Origin: a virus
Taxonomy: Duplodnaviria > Caudoviricetes
Reading direction: 5' to 3' (one strand)
Virus record (IMG/VR): IMGVR_UViG_3300020044_007999
Coordinates: 1 to 32,882 of that record
DNA: 32,882 bases
Shown here: positions 27,782-32,882 of the stretch, piece after piece
Layout of the letters: each line of letters starts with the position of its first letter
Position numbering within the stretch: position 1 is the stretch's first letter
The notes under the pieces: model-generated
What the model saw: only the letters and a program-made list of their open reading frames with translations
Database searches by the model: none
Told to the model about the DNA's origin: nothing
Position numbers and translations under genes: made by a program

Positions 27782-27999
27782 CTTGCTTTAATTTTAAGTT
27801 GGTTCGCTTTGGCACATTGTTTTATAGCTTGAAGTAAATCAAATGCTAATTTAGGTGTTATATTCTCTCTGCCTGTTTCTATTTGCGATATAAACGAGGC
27901 ATTGGCATATCCCATCGCATCGGCAATCTGTTGCTGTGTTACTCCTTTAAGTTTTCGCAGCTTCCAAATTTGTAGGGAAAAAGGTTCTTTTGATTTCAT
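27778..27999 (-). CDS. XRE/Cro-CI family HTH regulator
   Basis: LRKLKGVTQQQIADAMG..ISQIETG. Confidence 0.92.
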   Translation of the reverse strand: MKSKEPFSLQIWKLRKLKGVTQQQIADAMGYANASFISQIETGRENITPKLAFDLLQAIKQCAKANQLKIKAR

Positions 28000-28004
28000 G
28001 CCGA

Positions 28005-28068
28005 CAAAGATAAAAACATTTTCCTAATAAAAAAATTAGGATATATGAAAAAGTTTGCCGTATCTTTG
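28005..28068. promoter_or_regulatory. Divergent promoters with central operator-like inverted repeat
   Basis: TATCTTTG on minus (28005-28012) and plus (28061-28068); TCCTAAT-N6-ATTAGGA at 28022-28041. Confidence 0.7.
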
Positions 28069-28089
28069 CCGAAACAAAAAAACTAAACC

Positions 28090-28206
28090 ATGAAACAAAT
28101 TCAACCAACCAATCTACAAGTCTTTGCGATGGGCGTATCAGCTATCATTGCAGGAACGTTCTTATGCTCCTTTATGTGGGCAATTATTGATTTACTAATT
28201 AAATAA
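28090..28206 (+). CDS. 38-aa hydrophobic protein (not in ORF track)
   Basis: MKQIQPTNLQVFAMGVSAIIAGTFLCSFMWAIIDLLIK; A-rich leader after promoter. Confidence 0.6.
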   Translation: MKQIQPTNLQVFAMGVSAIIAGTFLCSFMWAIIDLLIK

Positions 28207-28215
28207 ACAAACATC

Positions 28216-29076
28216 ATGGAAAACACACCCGTAAAACAAACCAATTCAATCAAGTCATTCTTTGAGCAAGACTCGGTAAAGAATAGATTTCAAGAGATGC
28301 TAGGCAAGAAAGCAACTCCATTTCTAGCTTCAATCGTGCAGATAACTGCTAACAATTCGATGTTAAAAAATGCCGATCCGATAAGCATCTATAACTCTGC
28401 ATTGATGGCTGCAACTTTAGATCTTCCGATTAATCAGAACTTAGGATTCGCTTATATTGTACCTTATGGCAAGGTAGCTCAATTTAATTTGGGGTACAAA
28501 GGGCTCATCCAGCTAGCACAACGAACTGGTCAGTACACAGCTATTAACGTGATCGAAGTTTACGAGAATCAATTTGAATCCTTTAATACATTGACGGAAG
28601 AAATGAAAGCCGATTTCTCAATACCGGGCGAAGGGAAGGTTGTCGGATATGTAGCTTACTTCCGATTGATTAACGGCTTTGAAAAGACTTGCTTCTGGAC
28701 TATTGACAAGGTCAGCAAACATGGCAAGAAATATTCCAAGTCATTCAATGGATCTTCATCACCTTGGCAATCTTCATTTGATGAGATGGCAAAGAAAACT
28801 GTTCTAAAGTCTACCTTATCAAAGTGGGGTATATTGTCAATCGAAATGCAAACGGCTGTTAGGGTTGATCAGGCAGTTATTAAGGATGATCTAGGAAACG
28901 AGGTTGAGTATATTGATCACGAAGAAATGAAACCTGATCCCAAAATTGAACGCATGAAAGAATTGATTGAATCAGCTACCTCAACGATTGAACTTGATGG
29001 ATACTCTGCCGATGTTCCTGCAGAATTGCAAGAGGAATTTCAAGATAAATACATGAACCTTTTAGAAACTAAATAA
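28216..29076 (+). CDS. recT: RecT-family ssDNA annealing protein
   Basis: LGFAYIVPY, LGYKGLIQLAQRTGQY, FDEMAKKTVLK. Confidence 0.93.
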   Translation: MENTPVKQTNSIKSFFEQDSVKNRFQEMLGKKATPFLASIVQITANNSMLKNADPISIYNSALMAATLDLPINQNLGFAYIVPYGKVAQFNLGYKGLIQLAQRTGQYTAINVIEVYENQFESFNTLTEEMKADFSIPGEGKVVGYVAYFRLINGFEKTCFWTIDKVSKHGKKYSKSFNGSSSPWQSSFDEMAKKTVLKSTLSKWGILSIEMQTAVRVDQAVIKDDLGNEVEYIDHEEMKPDPKIERMKELIESATSTIELDGYSADVPAELQEEFQDKYMNLLETK

Positions 29077-29765
29077 TGGATTTCAGTAAAATATTATTCA
29101 GGTGTAGTTCACTAGGTAAAATTATGACAGACCCTCGGAGTAAATCCGAGGTTCTTTCCTCAACCTGCATTGATGAACTGATTAAGGTGTATGCAAAGGT
29201 GAAGTACGGCAGAAGTAGAGATATCACTTCTAAGTATCTTGAGAAAGGTATTGCAATGGAAGAAGAAGCAATCACGCTATATTCCAAATTCAAACGGGAT
29301 TACTTTGTGAACAACAAGGCAAGGATGAGCAATGAGTTCATAACTGGCGAATGGGACATATTAAAGAGTGAGGTGGTAACCGACACAAAATGCAGTTGGG
29401 ATCTGATCACATTCCTAAAGGCAAGTAAAGGCGAATTGAACAAAGATTATTTCTATCAATTACATGGCTACATGGCTTTGACTGGAGCAAAGTCTGCTGT
29501 TGTTGCATATTGTTTAGTGAATACTCCTGAGAACTTGGTTCAATCTGAAATCAAATCGACATGGTATAAAACAGGATGTCCTGATGAATCCTCTGAAGAA
29601 TGGCAAAATGTGATGCAAGAAATCGAAACGCTCGGAAAATACGACGATATTCCTGTTGCTGAACGTGTATTTGAGTTCAAAATTGAGCGAGATGAGGCTG
29701 TTATTGAAAAAATAAATGATCGTGTAATCCAATGTAGACAATGGATGCAAGAGAATTTCAAATAA
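29076..29765 (+). CDS. Lambda-exonuclease-like PD-(D/E)xK nuclease
   Basis: RCSSLGKIM, KG..MEEEAI, GEWD..DTKC, YFYQLHGYM; coupled to recT. Confidence 0.85.
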   Translation: MDFSKILFRCSSLGKIMTDPRSKSEVLSSTCIDELIKVYAKVKYGRSRDITSKYLEKGIAMEEEAITLYSKFKRDYFVNNKARMSNEFITGEWDILKSEVVTDTKCSWDLITFLKASKGELNKDYFYQLHGYMALTGAKSAVVAYCLVNTPENLVQSEIKSTWYKTGCPDESSEEWQNVMQEIETLGKYDDIPVAERVFEFKIERDEAVIEKINDRVIQCRQWMQENFK

Positions 29766-29768
29766 TTT

Positions 29769-29821
29769 TTGAATTATTTTTATGATTATGTTTGCAGAAT
29801 CAAAATAAGTCCTATGTTTGT
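29769..29821 (+). promoter_or_regulatory. Early promoter, copy 1 (-33 TTTG, -7 TATGTTTG)
   Basis: TTTG 29791-29794, 18-nt spacer, TATGTTTG 29813-29820; repeated at 31072. Confidence 0.8.
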
Positions 29822-29850
29822 CAAACAAAACAACGACAAAATTTAAAATC

Positions 29851-30108
29851 ATGACAAACGAAAGATTTTACCCAGCAAAAGAAAGAAAAAACGATTTCAT
29901 AGTAAGTGTTGAATATTTACAATTTAATGTTGTAGCACACACAAGAAAAAAATCAGTTTTGAAAGGTAAAAAGGTTTTAGGAATGAAGGCTTGGGATATT
30001 GAAAACCCAAACTACAAAACAGAAGAACAATATAATAACCGAATTTGCAAATGTGCAAGTGATAGATTAAAAATAATAACTGTGAGTGAATTTGTTTATC
30101 AAGATTAA
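29851..30108 (+). CDS. Hypothetical early protein
   Basis: ATG 29851 after A-rich leader. Confidence 0.65.
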   Translation: MTNERFYPAKERKNDFIVSVEYLQFNVVAHTRKKSVLKGKKVLGMKAWDIENPNYKTEEQYNNRICKCASDRLKIITVSEFVYQD

Positions 30109-30172
30109 GAATAACCCAACCAAACAAGCATCAACAATAGGGTTGATGCTAAACACAAAAAAAAATAAAGAC

Positions 30173-30412
30173 ATGATGATTCAAATAACAAATCTTAAAG
30201 CAGAACAAATTAGAACAATATATTCAGGCAAAGACAATCAATGCAGGTGTGGTTGCGCAGGAACGTATGCTTATGAATTGAAATTAATTACTTCAAGATT
30301 AAATAAAGCGAAAAAATTAATAAATCAAGGCGCTAGTTATAATGTATGTAGCGACTATATTAATATTGAATCAGGAGAAAACAAAGCTATTACTATATAC
30401 TTAAAAAACTAA
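30173..30412 (+). CDS. Hypothetical early protein with CxCxC motif
   Basis: YSGKDNQCRCGCAGTY; ATG 30173 after A-rich leader. Confidence 0.65.
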   Translation: MMIQITNLKAEQIRTIYSGKDNQCRCGCAGTYAYELKLITSRLNKAKKLINQGASYNVCSDYINIESGENKAITIYLKN

Positions 30413-30415
30413 AAC

Positions 30416-30853
30416 ATGAAAACAATCAACCAATATCAACTTAAAAAGATTCAAAGCGATTTTCCAAAGGAGAAAATAACTTCAAGTAGGGCAGCCTATG
30501 ATTTCATAAGTAGATTTTACGATGATGATATTGAGATCTTTGAAAGCAGTTTTATACTAATGCTCAACCAAGCAAACTTAACAATTGGATTTGCTAAAAT
30601 AAGTCAAGGTGGAATCACCGGAACTGTAGTTGATGTTAGGATAATTGCCAAATATGCAGTTGAATCCTTATCAACATCAATAATACTGGCACACAATCAT
30701 CCATCAGGTAATTTGAATCCATCTGAATCAGATCGTAAATTAACAATGCAAGTAAAAAATGGTCTTGCTTTATTAGATGTCAGATTATTTGATCACTTGA
30801 TCCTAACCAAAGAAAGTTACTATTCATTCGCTGACGAAGGAAATATTTTATAA
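30416..30853 (+). CDS. RadC-like JAB/MPN domain protein
   Basis: E.F..LML, GGITGTVVD, AHNHPSG..PSESD, LFDHLIL. Confidence 0.93.
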   Translation: MKTINQYQLKKIQSDFPKEKITSSRAAYDFISRFYDDDIEIFESSFILMLNQANLTIGFAKISQGGITGTVVDVRIIAKYAVESLSTSIILAHNHPSGNLNPSESDRKLTMQVKNGLALLDVRLFDHLILTKESYYSFADEGNIL

Positions 30854-30864
30854 AACCAAAACAC

Positions 30865-31071
30865 ATGGAAACTACAATAAAACGATCAGACTTTACATTC
30901 ATGCCATCAGGTTACGGGCATTATAAGGTAACCTACGAAAGCCCAGTTACTCGCAAGAGATGGACAATTACAACTTCTAACATGAGGTTGATTGATTCAA
31001 TTGTTAACTCAGATTATGAGCCAACAAAAACCGATTTAAACCGATTAAAATGGGAATGCAAAAACAAATAG
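30865..31071 (+). CDS. Hypothetical early protein
   Basis: SGYGHYKVTY; A-rich leader. Confidence 0.7.
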   Translation: METTIKRSDFTFMPSGYGHYKVTYESPVTRKRWTITTSNMRLIDSIVNSDYEPTKTDLNRLKWECKNK

Positions 31072-31124
31072 TTGAATTATTTTTATGAATTCGTTTGCAG
31101 TATCAAAATAAATCATATATTTGT
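31072..31124 (+). promoter_or_regulatory. Early promoter, copy 2 (-33 TTTG, -7 TATATTTG)
   Basis: 46/53 identical to 29769-29821; same 18-nt spacer. Confidence 0.8.
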
Positions 31125-31154
31125 GAACCAAAAAGCAATTAAAAACTAGAAACC

Positions 31155-31364
31155 ATGAATATAGCAGCAGGACAATCAGCAAAAAAGGAACATTTGAGTA
31201 ACGGAGCAGTTACCGCTTGTAATCGTAGATCATCAGGTATAGGTAAAAATGATTTTGAATCTTTTAAATGGTTTGCTCAAAAATACCCAGACGCTTGTTG
31301 CCAAAAATGTTTAAATCGTTTTAATGAAAAACAAAACAGACTAAATGCAAAACAAAACAACTAA
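31155..31364 (+). CDS. Small putative Zn-binding protein
   Basis: H..TAC..CCQKC. Confidence 0.65.
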   Translation: MNIAAGQSAKKEHLSNGAVTACNRRSSGIGKNDFESFKWFAQKYPDACCQKCLNRFNEKQNRLNAKQNN

Positions 31365-31515
31365 ACCAACCAGAGGCGGCACCCGCAAAGGGGCGGGTGC
31401 TAAACCTAAATACAACGAACCAACTACAACTATTGCATTCAGAGTACCGATAAGCAAAGTTGAAGAAATCAAATCACTTGTAAAATCCAAACTAATCCAA
31501 TACCTAAAATCATGA
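31345..31515 (+). CDS. 56-aa DNA-binding protein, RGGxRxGAG motif plus ribbon-helix-like segment (not in ORF track)
   Basis: MQNKTTKPTRGGTRKGAGAKPKYNEPTTTIAFRVPISKVEEIKSLVKSKLIQYLKS; stop overlaps ATG 31512. Confidence 0.75.
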   Translation: MQNKTTKPTRGGTRKGAGAKPKYNEPTTTIAFRVPISKVEEIKSLVKSKLIQYLKS

Positions 31516-31715
31516 CAATCGAAGAATTTGAAAAACTGACCATTGAGCAGTTAGAAATTGAAGAATTTGAATGCAAATCATTCATAGTAGGAATTGAAAA
31601 GACAAAAGGCAAAAGCCCTGAGTATAACGTCTATCTGATCACAGATGAAAAGAACCTTGTCGGCACACATTCAGATCCATTAAAAGCAATTCTAAAGGCA
31701 ATATTTAAAGGATGA
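31512..31715 (+). CDS. Hypothetical protein
   Basis: ATGA-coupled chain. Confidence 0.65.
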   Translation: MTIEEFEKLTIEQLEIEEFECKSFIVGIEKTKGKSPEYNVYLITDEKNLVGTHSDPLKAILKAIFKG

Positions 31716-31897
31716 GCGCACAATCAGAACGAGCGCATGAACAGGCTAGGAAGTTTGTCCATCAGCATCACTACATGTACGCAACCGACATCGACTATTG
31801 GGTGCAAATTATAGCCATTCAATTACTGAACTTCCATCAGGAAGAAACGAGAGAACAAACTGAAACAATTGAACGAGAAATAAGTAAGTACCTATGA
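31712..31897 (+). CDS. Hypothetical protein
   Basis: ATGA-coupled chain. Confidence 0.65.
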   Translation: MSAQSERAHEQARKFVHQHHYMYATDIDYWVQIIAIQLLNFHQEETREQTETIEREISKYL

Positions 31898-32121
31898 AAG
31901 CAACACCGAAAAGATACAGAGATACAAGATCAGTGCAATTACAGGGCAATGTCTATGAAGTTGAATGCGATGTTTATCCGGGCGAACCTGAAACAAGAGA
32001 TTATCCGGGCAGCGGTGATGAGATAGTAATCCTTTCAATCACTTTAGACGATGAGGAAGTAATGGACTCACTTACAATCAGCGAAATAGTACAAATCGAA
32101 GAACTAGCACTTGGATTATGA
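31894..32121 (+). CDS. Acidic hypothetical protein
   Basis: PGEPETRDYPG; ATGA-coupled. Confidence 0.7.
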   Translation: MKATPKRYRDTRSVQLQGNVYEVECDVYPGEPETRDYPGSGDEIVILSITLDDEEVMDSLTISEIVQIEELALGL

Positions 32122-32321
32122 CAAACCTAACTATCTACAAACGGGCGCATGAATTGACCTTTGTTCAGTTTTGTCGGTGGATGCGGAAACATAAAACCCG
32201 TAATTCCAATAACGCAAGAACTTTGCCTTCCTCCGTTTTCGAATGTAATGAGGTTGGCAGCTCGATAACAATAGTAACAAAATTAAAAGGCGCATTGCCT
32301 ATTTACGAGGATCAAGATTAA
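32118..32321 (+). CDS. Hypothetical protein
   Basis: ATGA-coupled. Confidence 0.55.
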   Translation: MTNLTIYKRAHELTFVQFCRWMRKHKTRNSNNARTLPSSVFECNEVGSSITIVTKLKGALPIYEDQD

Positions 32322-32343
32322 ATGTTTAACTAAAACCAAAAAC

Positions 32344-32697
32344 ATGGGACTCAACGAAATATTACACTCCATCGGTAACAGGACAGTTACTTGGAAGCAG
32401 CTAACAAAGAAACTAACCGATTCAGGTTGGGAAGCAGAACCAACGATCAGGCATTTATTAAAGGCAGATAGTCTTTCAAAAATCGACAAAGGTCTGTATG
32501 TGGTCGGTGAAAGATTCAAAATCAATCATGGCATAAGTAAGCCAGAGTATAAGTTTGAAGAACCACAAATCAGATCAGTCAATCCGATATCACTTGAACA
32601 AGCAATTGAAATTTGCCGATCTCATGGAGTTGATTGCAGCCGGGTTACATCGGTAAATCATGGCAATGTTCGGGTAGTAACACGAGTAATCCTTTAA
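32344..32697 (+). CDS. Hypothetical protein, possible winged helix
   Basis: WKQLTKKL..TIRHLLK..KIDKGLYVV; A-rich leader. Confidence 0.6.
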   Translation: MGLNEILHSIGNRTVTWKQLTKKLTDSGWEAEPTIRHLLKADSLSKIDKGLYVVGERFKINHGISKPEYKFEEPQIRSVNPISLEQAIEICRSHGVDCSRVTSVNHGNVRVVTRVIL

Positions 32698-32715
32698 TAA
32701 TTTATAATCTAAACC

Positions 32716-32772
32716 ATGATATACAGAGATCACTTCCAGAATTACAAAAGTTATGCGATACCAAAGGCGCAA
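32716..32772 (+). pseudogene. N-terminus of an N4/N6 DNA methyltransferase, interrupted by an inversion
   Basis: MIYRDHFQNYKSYAIPKAQ after A-rich leader; the expected catalytic DxPY does not follow. Confidence 0.7.
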
Positions 32773-32882
32773 AATATAATCATACAAGGTGCATCGCCTT
32801 TCTGTCTTGCTTCGCCTTCAACCTTTTTATGTTTGCTTTCAGATTTTAACATAGTTGAGCAAAAGTGCATAAATTCAGCAGG
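32762..32882 (-). pseudogene. Internal fragment of the same methyltransferase in reverse orientation
   Basis: Minus strand reads PAEFMHFCSTMLKSESKHKKVEGEARQKGDAPCMIIFCAF. Confidence 0.65.

Larger units (their letters stand above)
1..32882. mobile_element. Tailed dsDNA bacteriophage (siphovirus-like, probable Bacteroidota host), partial genome
   Basis: Terminase, portal, head protease, capsid, tape measure, endolysin/holin and RecT/exonuclease present; no host housekeeping genes; Bacteroidota-type -7 promoter boxes. Confidence 0.96.

Noticed and set aside
2244-30127. Many 60-120 aa minus-strand ORFs in the track (e.g. 2244, 4579, 5374, 6965, 10145, 17233, 22776, 27303, 29514)
   Set aside because: Antisense shadows of well-supported plus-strand genes with no motifs or leaders
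29818-30172. Track starts at 29818 and 30086
   Set aside because: 29818 lies inside the -7 box and 30086 spans the hairpin and leader; ATGs at 29851 and 30173 have typical A-rich leaders
31379-31400. GC-rich hairpin GCACCCGC..GCGGGTGC as a terminator
   Set aside because: No U tract on the plus strand and it encodes the GTRKGAG motif of a small ORF
32634-32849. 71-aa ORF with hydrophobic end
   Set aside because: Crosses the inversion junction out of frame with the methyltransferase start; likely spurious
1-32882. Stop-codon reassignment
   Set aside because: Standard code gives long, tightly coupled ORFs; TAA, TGA and TAG all end genes at sensible places
1-32882. CRISPR array, tRNA, integrase, reverse transcriptase/DGR, intein
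   Set aside because: No spaced repeats, cloverleaf, recombinase or RT motifs noticed by eye; TerL has normal length

Overview
An AT-rich, densely coding 32.9 kb segment of a tailed dsDNA phage or prophage (long non-contractile tail likely). The host is probably a Bacteroidota: TAnnTTTG promoters, A-rich Shine-Dalgarno-less leaders and a Q-rule signal peptide all point that way. Order: DnaB helicase end; ParB-like gene plus TET-associated-type glycosyltransferase; terminase; a slippery-T9 tail chaperone; tail genes and tape measure; a five-gene sugar-modification cassette (double GT-A, AsnB amidotransferase, LpxA-like acyltransferase, GT, Maf/GT42-like) placed before the ClpP-type head protease; capsid, tail tube, portal, adaptor, fibres; a lysis module fronted by a PAS-DHp pseudo-sensor kinase and a secreted T9SS-CTD-like protein; an XRE switch; RecT/exonuclease; small early genes including a RadC-JAB. 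It ends in a DNA methyltransferase gene whose internal part is inverted. No integrase, tRNA or CRISPR was seen. All product calls come from motif recognition by eye, without database searches.
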